Shown: positions 21,804-32,800, numbered from the stretch's first letter. The stretch is DNA of 64,000 bases from Nitrospirota bacterium (GCA_963703955.1 CAVPGK010000011.1:64001-128000), one strand, 5' to 3'. A program made the numbers and translations. Notes: generated from the sequence alone by a model not told the origin.

Positions 21804-22443
21804 CGTAGTCCAATCTCTCGATGCGCACGACCGGCATCACCATACCGCGCCCTGGCTCTTCATGCGCGAAGTCGTAGATGACGCATTCCTCGGCCACGAG
21901 CCGGCCGGTCATGACCACGTCGATAGCAATCCGTTCCCCTCTTCCTACTCGTTCCCGCAACGTCTTTCGAAGTGATGGAGGGGGAACAGCCACGAGGTTC
22001 GACGGCAGACCATCGGGTTTGAATCGGACCAATCCCCATTGAGTTTCCACTACCTTTGGCCCGACTGCGACGGAAAAGCCACCGCTGCGTGGATCGTACT
22101 CGGACAATTCTCCGGACCACAAGAAGGTCAGCAGGGTCATCGGACCATCGGTCAGACGCGTCCGGTCTCGCGTCCGATTCAGGGTAAACAGCCGCTCATC
22201 ATGGCCACTGCCATCCGCACCATAGAGACTCCTCCAATCCGGGGGCTCGCGGTCCAATGATCCCAGAAATTGTTCAATTGAAACAGGATCGTCAAGCAGC
22301 AGGGTATTTTGAGGAAGAACCCACCATGGGCCGGCGTGGTCACTCTTCACCAAGGGACGCACCCCGATCTCGTCTTTGCCGAACACTGGGCGTGTCGGCG
22401 ACGCTAGCCAACAGATCACAACGACCAGAATCAACGTTCGCAT
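21790..22443 (-). CDS. Exported hypothetical protein
   Basis: Signal-peptide-like N-terminus. Confidence 0.65.
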   Translation of the reverse strand: MRTLILVVVICWLASPTRPVFGKDEIGVRPLVKSDHAGPWWVLPQNTLLLDDPVSIEQFLGSLDREPPDWRSLYGADGSGHDERLFTLNRTRDRTRLTDGPMTLLTFLWSGELSEYDPRSGGFSVAVGPKVVETQWGLVRFKPDGLPSNLVAVPPPSLRKTLRERVGRGERIAIDVVMTGRLVAEECVIYDFAHEEPGRGMVMPVVRIERLDYVMFP

Positions 22444-22466
22444 CGATTGACCGCATCGGCGACGGA

Positions 22467-22802
22467 TCAGCCTCGCCCCTTTGTGCTCTCGGTCAGCCTC
22501 CGCTCAAATGCGGCGCGTACCGCATGGACGGAAGGGTGTTCCGTGGTCAGGACGCCGGCATCGATAAGGACATCCAGACGTGGCGAGGGATCCAGGCGGC
22601 GGACGGAAGTCTGATCGAGGTTGTTAGCCGTTTCCAGGACCTGCCGGTAGGTTTCCAACCAGGATTCGGTAATGGCGCATAAGCCGGCGTCGGTCGGCTT
22701 CATACGGCCAAGCTTGACTTCGTGCAGAAGCTTGACGATGGGATCCGTCAAAGAAAGCCTCTTGACGGCTTGATCGACAGACTGCAAGCTCGCGTCGGTC
22801 AT
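22467..22802 (-). CDS. Hypothetical protein
   Basis: ATG 22802 directly after the zinc-ribbon gene; helical. Confidence 0.6.
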   Translation of the reverse strand: MTDASLQSVDQAVKRLSLTDPIVKLLHEVKLGRMKPTDAGLCAITESWLETYRQVLETANNLDQTSVRRLDPSPRLDVLIDAGVLTTEHPSVHAVRAAFERRLTESTKGRG

Positions 22803-22809
22803 CCCTGCG

Positions 22810-23034
22810 CTAGTTGGTTGAGCAGGAACCTGGCCCGCGAGGATCTCCGCATGTGCCGCAGGGTCCCATCCCACCGGAAGAATGCCACGGACTGGTTCCT
22901 CCCACGCCGAACGCGGAGAACTGTTTGTCCAGTGCTGTGGCTTTGCAGGAGGGACAGGCCGGAACGGTTGATCCATGAACGATCGTCTCAAAGCGATGGT
23001 TGCATTCCCGACAAATGTATTCGAAGATGGGCAT
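22810..23034 (-). CDS. FmdB-family zinc ribbon protein
   Basis: MPIFEYICREC...CPSC; AGGAGG RBS and TATAAT upstream. Confidence 0.88.
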   Translation of the reverse strand: MPIFEYICRECNHRFETIVHGSTVPACPSCKATALDKQFSAFGVGGTSPWHSSGGMGPCGTCGDPRGPGSCSTN

Positions 23035-23112
23035 GAGTCCTCCTTGACTATTGATTCTATTATAAGGCTGCAACCAGCGCATCGCAACGATGTCGGGGGA
23101 GCGGAGGCAGGC

Positions 23113-23379
23113 ATGTTTCAAGAAGAGAAGACCTTCACCGTTCGATTCAGCCTCGAGGCCAATTTTCCCGAAGACTACGATGGCGACGAGGATAATCACG
23201 TCTGGGTACAGGATTGGGAGAGACGAATCAAGCCGGAGGTCATTAAGGTAATCTTTGGGTCTCTCCGGCAGCATCCGACCTGGACCGCTCATGTTCGGAA
23301 CCGCGGGCTTTCCCCGCTCGATGAAATTGAGATTGCCATGGAGAAGAGGGTGTCTCAGGATCCATCGCGGTCGACCTAG
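23113..23379 (+). CDS. Hypothetical protein
   Basis: GGAGG RBS before ATG 23113. Confidence 0.7.
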   Translation: MFQEEKTFTVRFSLEANFPEDYDGDEDNHVWVQDWERRIKPEVIKVIFGSLRQHPTWTAHVRNRGLSPLDEIEIAMEKRVSQDPSRST

Positions 23380-23423
23380 TCCTATCTTGATTCTGGTCTC
23401 ATGATGCAGGAGGATCGGGTTCC

Positions 23424-23870
23424 ATGAAAGCTTCCTATCTCGGTCACGTCGTCTTTTATGTGAAGGACTTGGAACGCTCTCTCGCGTTCTATCGGGATCT
23501 GTTGGGTTTTCATGAGGTCGGGCGAGCATTCGGGGGAGCCGCGGCTGCGCTCACATCAGGCCGCACGCATCATGAACTGCTGTTGATCGAAGTTGGCGCG
23601 GCCCCGGCTCCTCCCTCCGGCCGGCGCCTGGGTCTATACCATATCGGCATTAAGATCGGCGATTCACTGAGCGAGCTTCGCGAGGCAAAGGCGGATCTCG
23701 AACGATCCGGCATCGCCATCACGGGCATGAGCGATCACACGGTGAGCCAAAGTCTATATCTGGCCGATCCAGACGGCAATGAAGTCGAGCTGTACGTCGA
23801 TGCCGATCCGGCGCTCTGGAAGCAGAACCCGTCGGCGGTGCTTGCGCCGATCAAACCACTCAGATTGTAA
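23424..23870 (+). CDS. VOC/glyoxalase family protein
   Basis: LGHVVFYVKDLERSLAFY...GLYHIG...LYLADPDGNEVELY. Confidence 0.9.
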   Translation: MKASYLGHVVFYVKDLERSLAFYRDLLGFHEVGRAFGGAAAALTSGRTHHELLLIEVGAAPAPPSGRRLGLYHIGIKIGDSLSELREAKADLERSGIAITGMSDHTVSQSLYLADPDGNEVELYVDADPALWKQNPSAVLAPIKPLRL

Positions 23871-23871
23871 C

Positions 23872-23975
23872 AGGATGCTGAACCTCCCTCAATTTCGTTT
23901 CTCGCCTGCGGCCTCGTTGCATCGGGAAGGGGTATGTTCTGGCACTCCGGGGGTGACATTCTTATTATGAGCGTC
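23872..23975 (+). repeat. Degenerate copy of the MITE-like repeat
   Basis: AGGATGCTGAA end and TTCTCGCCTGCGGCCT...TCGGGAAG core shared with 41084-41250. Confidence 0.65.
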
Positions 23976-25100
23976 GGGTCATACATTCATGTCCCCTTCT
24001 GTCGGGCACGCTGTCACTTCTGCGCGTTCTATCTTCTGATCTACCGCACCAATCATGCACACGCGTATTTGAACGCCCTCTCGCAGGAGATTCGCCTCCA
24101 TGCAGCTCAGAACAGCCTTGAGGGTCGTCCGCTGGATACTGTCTACTTCGGAGGCGGCACCCCGACCACCTTAAAGCCTGCTCACCTTTCCATGATTCTG
24201 GAATCTGTTCGAGACCATTTCGGCTTGTCTGAGCAAGCGGAGATCACGCTCGAGGCTCATCCGGACACGGTGACTGTAGAAGGTCTTGTTGACCTCCGAC
24301 AAGCTGGGTTTAATCGGATCAGCTTGGGAGTTGAGACGATGGATGGAAAAGAATTAATCCGGATCGGGCGCTGGACGTTGCCGGCTAGAGTCCGCACTGC
24401 TGTTGGTGAAGCCCGCACGGCGGGCTTTGAGAATATCAATCTCGACCTGATATACGGTTTGCCCGGTCAGGAATTGTCAAGCTGGCGAGCAACCTTGGAA
24501 GCAACCATCGCGCTGAATCCTACGCATATCTCTTGCTACGCGCTAACCGTTGAAGAAGGAACGCGCTTGGAACGAGGACTTCATCTCGGCGAATGGGCCG
24601 AGGCTGACAGCACGCTACAATTCGCGATGGAGAAGGAAGCGACACGACAGTTGGCCACCGCCGGGTTTCAGCACTACGAGATCTCCAATTTTTGCCGACC
24701 AGGATTTGCGTGCCGACACAACCTTCTTTATTGGACTGGTGGAGATTACCTGGGGCTGGGGCCCAGTGCACAGTCTTACCTGAATGGGCGCCGCTTCGGT
24801 AACATCGGCAATCTAGAAGGCTACCAGACGACCCTCGGCGCCGGACGGCTACCTGTCGCCCAGATCGATCACCTGAGCCCGGAGCAGCGTTGGCGGGAGA
24901 CCATCGTGTTCGGTTTACGCCTCACCGAGGGTATTGATCCCGAGGCCATGGGTCTTCACGCCCAGGCGGATGATCCTGGATGGTATGAAGAACTCAAACG
25001 GATGATTGGTGAGGGCTTCGTGGAACAGCGCACGGGCCGGATCAGGCTCACCGAAATGGGGCGGCGGTTCGCTGACTCAGTGGCCGTTGCCCTGCTCTAA
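23967..25100 (+). CDS. hemW: Radical SAM heme chaperone (HemN-like)
   Basis: YIHVPFCRARCHFC, YFGGGTPT, YEISNF, HNLLYW, GLGPSA. Confidence 0.9.
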   Translation: MSVGSYIHVPFCRARCHFCAFYLLIYRTNHAHAYLNALSQEIRLHAAQNSLEGRPLDTVYFGGGTPTTLKPAHLSMILESVRDHFGLSEQAEITLEAHPDTVTVEGLVDLRQAGFNRISLGVETMDGKELIRIGRWTLPARVRTAVGEARTAGFENINLDLIYGLPGQELSSWRATLEATIALNPTHISCYALTVEEGTRLERGLHLGEWAEADSTLQFAMEKEATRQLATAGFQHYEISNFCRPGFACRHNLLYWTGGDYLGLGPSAQSYLNGRRFGNIGNLEGYQTTLGAGRLPVAQIDHLSPEQRWRETIVFGLRLTEGIDPEAMGLHAQADDPGWYEELKRMIGEGFVEQRTGRIRLTEMGRRFADSVAVALL

Positions 25101-25108
25101 CTGAGTCG

Positions 25109-25531
25109 TCACGATTCAGCTCGCTCCAGTGTCGTCACCCGAAATTCTGTCCTTCCGAGAAACTCCTTGTTGGCATAGAGCTGAATTTCATATCGTCCCG
25201 GAGCCGGAAATTGCACGACGGGGATATTGATCCCGAAATCGCTGATGGACAGCCTGTCGCCAATAACCGCGGACAAGCCCGCCTCCACCACCAGGCTGTC
25301 AGATTCGGAGTGGACCAGTCGGAGCACCATGTCGTACTGGCCTTCCGCATCGGTCAGGCAGAAATACACACCCATCTTGTGATGCACGCATGGAAAGCTG
25401 TGCGCCCAGATATGGGTAAAGGTTCCGATCAGACTCTTCTTGTTAGTGGACCGATCATCGATCACCATATCGCACACCAAGAGCGCGGTGAGCGATGGTT
25501 TTGTTGCACTCATGTCAATCTTCTCGGTCAC
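25109..25531 (-). CDS. Hypothetical beta-rich protein
   Basis: LLVCD...KKSLIGTF...FPAPGRY pattern; coupled to the upstream gene. Confidence 0.7.
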   Translation of the reverse strand: MTEKIDMSATKPSLTALLVCDMVIDDRSTNKKSLIGTFTHIWAHSFPCVHHKMGVYFCLTDAEGQYDMVLRLVHSESDSLVVEAGLSAVIGDRLSISDFGINIPVVQFPAPGRYEIQLYANKEFLGRTEFRVTTLERAES

Positions 25532-25534
25532 CGA

Positions 25535-25912
25535 TCAGCGGGTCAGCAGGAAGTGCAACGCCGTATCGGCCAGAATGGCCGCCCACGCCGTCATATTGAG
25601 CACGACCAGCGAGCGATCCTTGCGCCACACGTGGAACAGCGCCAGCGCGATGGCAACCTGGGTCAGAAGGGAAAAAGGACGATGGACGTTCGCGGACATT
25701 CCACCGCGCTCACTGGCGACTGCCGCCACCGCCGCCAAGAGGTAGCATCCCAGCGCCGCGCCTTGTAACCAGACCGCGGTCGTTCCGCTCTCGCGACGAA
25801 CGACATGGACCAACGCCCACGTCAAGGAAGCCACAACAATCAACAGCAGGAGGGGAAACAGTGGCCAGAGAACCTTCGCGCTCAAGTACCACGGCGCATG
25901 GACGGTGGTCAT
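25535..25912 (-). CDS. Four-TM membrane protein
   Basis: Four hydrophobic segments. Confidence 0.65.
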   Translation of the reverse strand: MTTVHAPWYLSAKVLWPLFPLLLLIVVASLTWALVHVVRRESGTTAVWLQGAALGCYLLAAVAAVASERGGMSANVHRPFSLLTQVAIALALFHVWRKDRSLVVLNMTAWAAILADTALHFLLTR

Positions 25913-26063
25913 GGTCTTCTCCCGGAGCAAGCGCGCAAGACTCTATCAACCAACCCTCTGACAGTCAACGCCGGCATCCGGGGCCAAAAGTCCGTTTCTC
26001 TTGACAAACCTTTGGATGTGGTTGTAGGAAAGACAAGGGGTGTGTCAGTCGTGAGAGGTCATT

Positions 26064-26276
26064 ATGCCTATCAACATGGACCCGAAGAAACGTCGAAGGA
26101 AAGCCGAACCTTCCGCCGGCGAGTCAGAGACCGACTCCAATCTCCACGGCTCCAACCAGGCGGAGTCGAAGCCGTTCGGCGAAGAGAGCGAGGAGGATCG
26201 TCAGAAATCTCTGGCCGATGCCGAGTTGAAAAATCTGTGGGACGCGACCGAGGTGATCGACATGGACACCTGGTGA
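26064..26276 (+). CDS. Small acidic hypothetical protein
   Basis: TTGACA upstream at 26001, GAGAGG RBS. Confidence 0.55.
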   Translation: MPINMDPKKRRRKAEPSAGESETDSNLHGSNQAESKPFGEESEEDRQKSLADAELKNLWDATEVIDMDTW

Positions 26277-26368
26277 CAAATTTCTTACGTGTGATCAATA
26301 TGTCGGATCTTCAATACCTCAAGTATTCTTCCAACCACTGTAAGAGTTTGTTTCACCTTCAGCAGCAA

Positions 26369-27445
26369 TCAGGCCGGCAGGAAAAAAAAGGCGATCGCTA
26401 GGATCACATAGACTCCGACCAGCATGACGCCTTCCATCCAGTGAGATTCCCCGTCCATCGCGACGAACCCTACGATCAGGACCGAGACTGTCACCGCAGC
26501 CACCTCAAACGGGGTAAAGATCAGGTCGAGCGGCGGGCCGACGACATAGCTGACAAACACCAGAATGGGGGCGACGAACAGGGCGATTTGCAGGCTGGAC
26601 CCGACGGCAATATTGAAGGCCAGGTCCATGTGGTTTTTCATTGCGACCAGGACCGCCGTCGAATGTTCAGCCGCGTTGCCCACCAGCGCCACCAAAATCA
26701 CGCCGACGAAAACCTGCGTCAGCCCGAGCCGAGCCGCCGCCGGTTGTACGGCGCCGACCAGCAGTTCACTCATGACGGCGATCAGAATCGTCGCGATGAG
26801 CAACACGATGGTCGCCCGCCGCCGGCTCCAGGGCCGCTCACCCATGGGGTGGGAATCAGCATCTCCGGCGAAGAGATGCCAGTGGGTTTTCAATGAGAAG
26901 ACCAGGCTCAACACATAGATGGCAAACAGAACGATGGAGATTTCCAGACTCAGCTCCCGTTCCACCTCGACACCTTGCTGAGAGGCGGTCAGATGAAACA
27001 GCGCGGGGACAACCAATCCCACCGCGGACAGGAGAAGAAGGCTGGCCCCCATCCCGGCTGCCGTAAGGTTAAACCGCTGGCGTTTGTACCGGAGGCCTCC
27101 CGCGACCATCGACAGGCCGAGCACCAGAAGAATGTTGCCGATGATGGACCCGGTAATGGAGGCCTTGACCACATTGTGTAGCCCCTCTTGCAAGGCCATA
27201 ATGGCGATAATAAGCTCCGCTGCGTTCCCAAAAGACGCGTTGAGTACCCCCCCCAGGCCGGCGCCGACACGACTCGCCAGATGCTCCGTCGCTTCACCCA
27301 TCAAACCGGCAAGAGGAACAATGGCCAGAGCGGAGGTGATGAAAACAAACAGCGGATCGGCGTGACCAAACTCAAGAGCTAGTGCAATGGGGAGAAACAC
27401 CAGGAGGGCATGAATAGGTTTCACGGCCGGAGGCCATCGCGCCAT
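26369..27445 (-). CDS. cax: Ca2+/H+ antiporter
   Basis: [34 protein letters not shown]. Confidence 0.93.
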   Translation of the reverse strand: MARWPPAVKPIHALLVFLPIALALEFGHADPLFVFITSALAIVPLAGLMGEATEHLASRVGAGLGGVLNASFGNAAELIIAIMALQEGLHNVVKASITGSIIGNILLVLGLSMVAGGLRYKRQRFNLTAAGMGASLLLLSAVGLVVPALFHLTASQQGVEVERELSLEISIVLFAIYVLSLVFSLKTHWHLFAGDADSHPMGERPWSRRRATIVLLIATILIAVMSELLVGAVQPAAARLGLTQVFVGVILVALVGNAAEHSTAVLVAMKNHMDLAFNIAVGSSLQIALFVAPILVFVSYVVGPPLDLIFTPFEVAAVTVSVLIVGFVAMDGESHWMEGVMLVGVYVILAIAFFFLPA

Positions 27446-27480
27446 GAGCGCACCGTACCATAGAGGTTTGTGAGTTGTCG

Positions 27481-28161
27481 ATGAGTTCACTTTCCAAACC
27501 ACATGCCCTGTACTATCCCTTTCATCTGTGTCACGAACGAACGCTCGACCTCATACTGACCGAATATACATCGGTGCACTTCCGGGACTACATGGCGCTG
27601 CAATTGACGGCGATGAGTGGAACCACAGCGTTCGCGGACCGGATGGGAGACTACCATGCCGATCTATTGCGAGGTGGCCGAATCGTTCATGGGCATTCGG
27701 TCAGTGGTCCGCTGAATTCCTCGATGATCGCTGCGATTGACCGTGACCTCGCTGATCCCACCTGGCGCTTTCTGCTCCACGATGCCCTCATAGAAGATCG
27801 ACGGTTTCAACGCGGCTTGTTCGACCTCTCACACGGCGTGATGATCGGAACGACTATGGTCCCCGGTCCGGCCGCCCTGTTGCGCCTGACAGAGGTGTTC
27901 CGTGCTCATGAACCCTGGTCTGTGGAGACGCTCCGCAGTCTCAGCAGGAAGCGAACAAGCATGGACGATGGATATGCGTATGAATACGGTTTGGCCATGG
28001 TCAAGACATCCGCATCACTGGCTTATACGATTCAACTCTGTCTGCAGCATGGTCTAGAGGCAGTCACCGACTCCCAAGTGCATTATCGGTTGCTCGCACG
28101 CACCTGCCTCAGGGACGACGTGGACCTTCGCAATCGGGTCCTGGAACGAGAGGGTTACTGA
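27481..28161 (+). CDS. Hypothetical protein
   Basis: Long ORF, ALYYPF N-terminal motif. Confidence 0.7.
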   Translation: MSSLSKPHALYYPFHLCHERTLDLILTEYTSVHFRDYMALQLTAMSGTTAFADRMGDYHADLLRGGRIVHGHSVSGPLNSSMIAAIDRDLADPTWRFLLHDALIEDRRFQRGLFDLSHGVMIGTTMVPGPAALLRLTEVFRAHEPWSVETLRSLSRKRTSMDDGYAYEYGLAMVKTSASLAYTIQLCLQHGLEAVTDSQVHYRLLARTCLRDDVDLRNRVLEREGY

Positions 28162-28234
28162 GCCAGCCGGCGAAGAAAGCCTGGGTCCAGGCGCAGCTTG
28201 GCACTCGGTAGGTCCAGGCTGTAAGATGATCTCT

Positions 28235-28531
28235 ATGTCTGACTCACGGTCAGCCGTCACCATACCCAGCACAATCGAGGATCAGGCGACCAGCACAGGC
28301 GATGGCCTCGAAGCTCGAGTCACAGTCTATAACTGCAATTGCCACACCTATCAGCAAGTGATTACCTTGTTTTGCCAAACGATCCCCGGCATGAATCCAA
28401 ACCGCGCTTTTGAATTGGCTTGGCGCATCGACCATGAAGGCAACGCAATCGTCTACTCGGGTGAATGGAAGACCGCGGAGGACATTGCGAAAAAACTGAT
28501 ATCGGGCGGGTTGCGGGTTACAGTGCAGTAG
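28235..28531 (+). CDS. clpS: ClpS-like adaptor
   Basis: VYNCNCHTYQQV...A..LAWRIDHEGNAIV. Confidence 0.85.
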   Translation: MSDSRSAVTIPSTIEDQATSTGDGLEARVTVYNCNCHTYQQVITLFCQTIPGMNPNRAFELAWRIDHEGNAIVYSGEWKTAEDIAKKLISGGLRVTVQ

Positions 28532-28586
28532 CCCCCGGGCCTGAGGAGAGGTTTACACCTCAACACCCGGGGACTTGCGATGAATA

Positions 28587-28898
28587 TTACCGATGGGCTA
28601 TCTTTCGGCCTGGTCTCCTGGCCGCAAGACGTCGGGATGTACGAGATGATCTCAAACTAACCCGTTTGCTTGCCGGGGCTTTTCCGGACTTCTCATGCAT
28701 GGTCGGAAGGGTCGGCAGCCGTTTAGCTTTGGACAGTGACTCTCCACTGTAGACCCTCACCTGGTAGAGCTCGAACAGCCGATTAATGGCTTTTGGGTCC
28801 CCTTTTCTCGCCAAGTTGAGGAGGCGTCGTCGCTGGTTCATTTCTTCTTCTTCAGTATGAGAAGCCGCTCGACGTTCCATGCGCACACCTTTCTCCAT
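28587..28898 (-). CDS. Basic hypothetical protein
   Basis: LLNLARKGDPKAINRLFELY helical motif. Confidence 0.55.
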   Translation of the reverse strand: MEKGVRMERRAASHTEEEEMNQRRRLLNLARKGDPKAINRLFELYQVRVYSGESLSKAKRLPTLPTMHEKSGKAPASKRVSLRSSRTSRRLAARRPGRKIAHR

Positions 28899-29304
28899 CT
28901 GGGTGAGATGGTTTGTCCGACCCCAAAACGAGTTGATTGTACACCAAAATTTGGCATTTTTCTAGAGATTTAGGAATAACAGGCTCTATCCCTACCCAAT
29001 GGACCGGAAAGATCACTGCGTCTCACCATTTAACATATTGACTCCACACAGATTTCAAGGCATCAGCTCTTTTCGTGCGTAAAAAGGCACGAGGGACAAT
29101 TTGTCCTTATCGTGTAGTGCCTCCACCTGACCGCCGAAGAACCGCCCTACCGCATCCACTAGTTGGTAGGTTGGCTTGCCGCTTTGAGATCACTGATCTC
29201 AGGTCACCATCTATCCCTGAAGTTGTGCTCACGCTGAAGCCCGCTTATAATCACCGCACAAATCCTTGACCATCAACCGAAGTCCGCAGCAAAGGAGTCC
29301 ATCA

Positions 29305-29979
29305 ATGGAGATGTATGCCCGTGAAAAGACCGGAACAGAGGTTCAGGATGACGCGAAGGCCCGGTCACTGCTTCGGCAAGCGTTTGAAAAGACAGCGCGA
29401 TGGCAAACAGACTTCAAAGGCTTTACGTCCGACCTGAAGGTTAACGTGAACGGCAAAGAATTGAGAGGAACCGTAACCGCAAAAGGCCCGCGTGACGTGA
29501 AGGTTTCGCTCGGGGACCCCGAGTTGGAGAAATGGGCGGAAGGTCAGATCGGTATGATCGTTGTACATCGAGGGCCGCGAAGTTTTGAAGATTCCGATGG
29601 AAAATACTCCTTAACCCTGGGAGACGATACCGACCATCCGCTTGGGCCTCGTTTGAATATTCACGGCGACGGCATGCATTCGTTCTACAGGGTCAAGGGT
29701 GACCGGATCACTCAGATTAACCGGACCATGCCTCACATGGCGTTCACGATCAATGTCGAGGAGAGCACCGTCACACAAGAGGGTAAATTCCTCACAACCC
29801 GGTATACCGTGTACTATTTCTCGCCGAAGGACGGGAAGCTGACCAACGTCGAGAGTTTCACCGACTCCCATACTCGGGTAGCCTCTTCAGATCTGCCGGC
29901 CACGCGTCGGATCATCTCTTATGAGAGTGGGGAGGTCGTCGTCAAATCCCTGATGTTTGAGAATCACAAGATGCTGTAA
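29305..29979 (+). CDS. DUF3386-like protein
   Basis: ARSLLRQAFEKTARW...F.GF..D, VHRGPRSFE..DG, SFYRV...ITQINR; AAGGAG RBS. Confidence 0.75.
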   Translation: MEMYAREKTGTEVQDDAKARSLLRQAFEKTARWQTDFKGFTSDLKVNVNGKELRGTVTAKGPRDVKVSLGDPELEKWAEGQIGMIVVHRGPRSFEDSDGKYSLTLGDDTDHPLGPRLNIHGDGMHSFYRVKGDRITQINRTMPHMAFTINVEESTVTQEGKFLTTRYTVYYFSPKDGKLTNVESFTDSHTRVASSDLPATRRIISYESGEVVVKSLMFENHKML

Positions 29980-30226
29980 TGGGCCTGAGACCTAGTAACC
30001 ACGGAGCGTAAAAGGTAATGGCCGGATACGTTCGCATCGGGCGAATGATCGATAATTGCCAGCCCTGCTCGCAAGGTCGCCGCTCAGAGTCTCGTTGCAT
30101 GGTTGTTGTGGTTACAAGTAGACTGCTAGTATGTTTGGTCAGTATCGTCTGATCCAAACAGGTCATCACATAGGATTGCTAGGATGGCTCCTGCGGCTTC
30201 CAAGCGGAAACTAAGGAGACGAGGCT

Positions 30227-30850
30227 ATGAACCCAGCAGATGACACCCAAGAAATGAGGGCAGGGACTCAAGGGCCTAAGGGGAGTTCGCCCCGCGAAGA
30301 CAAGAAGAATCCGACCATGCAAGCGGGGCCGGAAAATGCTGAGAGCCTTGACAAGGTAAGAGACATTCTCTTCGGATCTCAGTCTCGGGAATATGACAAA
30401 CGACTCTCCCGCCTTGAAGAAAGTCTCATCCAAAGATCGTCGGAACTGAAGAATGATTTGAAGGCGCGGTTTGAGTCTCTGGAATCCTATCTTGAGAAGG
30501 AGGTCGAATCGTTAACCAATCGAATAAAAGTTGAGCATGATGAACGGGCAGAGTCGGTTAAAGAGCTGATGCGAGAATTGAAGGATCTAAGCAAAATCGT
30601 TGAGAAGAAAGTAACTCAGCTCGATGACCAAGCTAATAAGGAACACCGTGAGTTACGTCAACGAATCTTGGATCAGCACAAGACCTTGTTCGATGAAATC
30701 CAACAGAAGAATGAGACATTAACACAGGCTCTTGGTCAGGCTGTTCAAGAACTCCGTGATGAAAAAGTGAATCGGACACTGCTCGCGGATCTATTAGTAA
30801 AATCTGCTATGTGCCTGAACGATGAACTAAAGATTGCCGGCAACAAATGA
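30227..30850 (+). CDS. Coiled-coil protein of the GTPase module
   Basis: LDKVRDILFGSQSREYDKRL N-terminal motif, long heptads, KVNRTLLADLL. Confidence 0.85.
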   Translation: MNPADDTQEMRAGTQGPKGSSPREDKKNPTMQAGPENAESLDKVRDILFGSQSREYDKRLSRLEESLIQRSSELKNDLKARFESLESYLEKEVESLTNRIKVEHDERAESVKELMRELKDLSKIVEKKVTQLDDQANKEHRELRQRILDQHKTLFDEIQQKNETLTQALGQAVQELRDEKVNRTLLADLLVKSAMCLNDELKIAGNK

Positions 30851-30985
30851 CCGAACAATGGACTTTTTCTTGTTTTCTCTACAATAGTCCCAAACCTTGA
30901 CTGGTTTGATGACCATCGAGAGTTTGTATAGGTCTGATTGACTCTCCTTGCAACACTGCTTAGCTCTAACGTGAGGAGCCGGGCA

Positions 30986-32800
30986 ATGTCTGATTCTTAC
31001 CGTGGGTCAGTTCCCCAAGAGTCCTCCACCACTCCGCAGCATGCCGAAAGAGATCTTGAGAATCTTCGCCGGTTGCTTCTGGCACCCGAGCAGGCCAAAT
31101 TGGGAAAGCTGGAGGAACGTCTGGAGAGATTACATATCGTAGATGCCAAGACAGTAGCCCAGGTATTGCCGGATGCAATTCGCCATCGGTCCAAGCAGGA
31201 TCAACATCTAGCTAGCTCCCTAGCGCCCATTATCGGTGACACCTTCGTTCGGGCCATTAAAGGCTCCCCTCAACTGATAGTCGATGCCATTTACCCCATC
31301 TTGGGGCCGGCGATCAGAAAGGCCATCATTACGGCCATTCAGGGGATGGTGCAGTCGCTCAACGAAACCCTCGAACACAGTTTGTCATGGCAAGGTTTGC
31401 AATGGCGACTTGAGGCCCGGCGCACTGGGAAATCCTTCGGCGAAGTGGTCTTGCTGCACACGCTCCAATTTCGGGTTGAGGAGGTATTTCTGATTCAGAG
31501 GGAAAGCGGCATCCTTCTGCGCCATCTCTACCATCCGAAGGTGCAGGCTCCTGCAGGCCGCGACGAAGATCATATAGCCAGCGTGTTCACCGCGATTAAG
31601 ACCGCCGTGCAGAAGTTTGTGGGCGATTCGTTCCGTGTTTCCAAAGAAGACACGTGGAAGTCCTTTGAGACACACGGAGGTCTGTTAGTGTGGGTCGAAC
31701 CTGGTCCAAAGGCAATTCTAGCTGGAGTCATCCGGGGAATACCCCCTGCACAATTACGGTCTGTATTCCAGGACGTTCTAGATACCATTCATGTCGAGAT
31801 GAATGAAGCCCTCCACAACTTTCGAGGTGATTCAAGTGCATTTGAAGCAGTTGATGACCACCTCACCAGGTGTCTGGAAGAAGGAAGGGCCAAGACTTCA
31901 GTGGGGTCACGCAGTATTTTATCCAAAACTTCTCCGGCTGTGTGGCTGGCCATGGCTGTTTTGTCTGGTCTCCTCGTCTGGGCGATTTTCGCCTATCTAG
32001 ATCATCTGCGTTGGAAGAACTTTTTTGAATTGGCCGGGAATGAGCCTGGCGTCGTTATTACGTCGGTACAGAAAGAGAACGGCAAATCTGTTGTCCGCGG
32101 GTTTCGGGATCCATTGTCCTCTCAGCCTGACAGCTTGGCCCAACAAGTTGGTCTCACACTTGACTCGCTTGTCTTCGAGCTTGAACCGTATCAGGCTCTT
32201 ACACCCGACATCATCAAGAAGCGAGCGATATCGGTTCTTCACCCTCCTGATTCCGTGACGATCTCTGTCCATCAGGAAAACAGTAAAACCACCTTGGTGG
32301 CGACAGGATCTGCTTCTCGTGAGTGGATCACGCGATTTCGGGAAATTGCTCTAGTTATTCCGGGAGTCGGTGAAATCAAAGAAAACGATTTGCACGATAA
32401 TAGCTTGATCGCGTTTGAAGAGATGAAGAGGGAAATTGAAGCGCATCAGTTTACATTCGAACAAGGAAGCTCGGCTCTTTCGTCGGAGACAAAGGAAGAG
32501 ATAGCCATTCTCTCAACGACCATTGGAAAGATCGATAGGTTGGCTCGAGAACTGGACAGACGGGTCCGGATTGAAGTCTATGGGCATACGAGCAAGGAAG
32601 GGTCTTTTGAACTCAACAGGCGTTTAGGTCTTGCGAGAGCTCAAACCCTATTTACTGCTCTTAATACCAAGGATCTCAAGATGACACAGATTCTTCCTTT
32701 AGGAGCGAGGTCAAGTCGCCCCTTGTTACCTGAGAAGAAGGATGAAACCCTATCGACGAATCGACGTGTTTCGCTGCATGTCATCGTGCAGACCCCATGA
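30986..32800 (+). CDS. Membrane protein: cytoplasmic helical + longin/roadblock-like domain, 1 TM, periplasmic OmpA-like C-terminus
   Basis: GAGGAG RBS; TM AVWLAMAVLSGLLVWAIFAYL; F.QGSS.L...EVYGHTS.EG...NRRLGLARA...NRRVSL. Confidence 0.85.
   Translation: MSDSYRGSVPQESSTTPQHAERDLENLRRLLLAPEQAKLGKLEERLERLHIVDAKTVAQVLPDAIRHRSKQDQHLASSLAPIIGDTFVRAIKGSPQLIVDAIYPILGPAIRKAIITAIQGMVQSLNETLEHSLSWQGLQWRLEARRTGKSFGEVVLLHTLQFRVEEVFLIQRESGILLRHLYHPKVQAPAGRDEDHIASVFTAIKTAVQKFVGDSFRVSKEDTWKSFETHGGLLVWVEPGPKAILAGVIRGIPPAQLRSVFQDVLDTIHVEMNEALHNFRGDSSAFEAVDDHLTRCLEEGRAKTSVGSRSILSKTSPAVWLAMAVLSGLLVWAIFAYLDHLRWKNFFELAGNEPGVVITSVQKENGKSVVRGFRDPLSSQPDSLAQQVGLTLDSLVFELEPYQALTPDIIKKRAISVLHPPDSVTISVHQENSKTTLVATGSASREWITRFREIALVIPGVGEIKENDLHDNSLIAFEEMKREIEAHQFTFEQGSSALSSETKEEIAILSTTIGKIDRLARELDRRVRIEVYGHTSKEGSFELNRRLGLARAQTLFTALNTKDLKMTQILPLGARSSRPLLPEKKDETLSTNRRVSLHVIVQTP

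Noticed and set aside
22810..23529. 239-aa minus-strand ORF as one protein
   Set aside because: Only the last 74 aa (FmdB zinc ribbon with its own RBS) look real; the rest overlaps plus-strand genes
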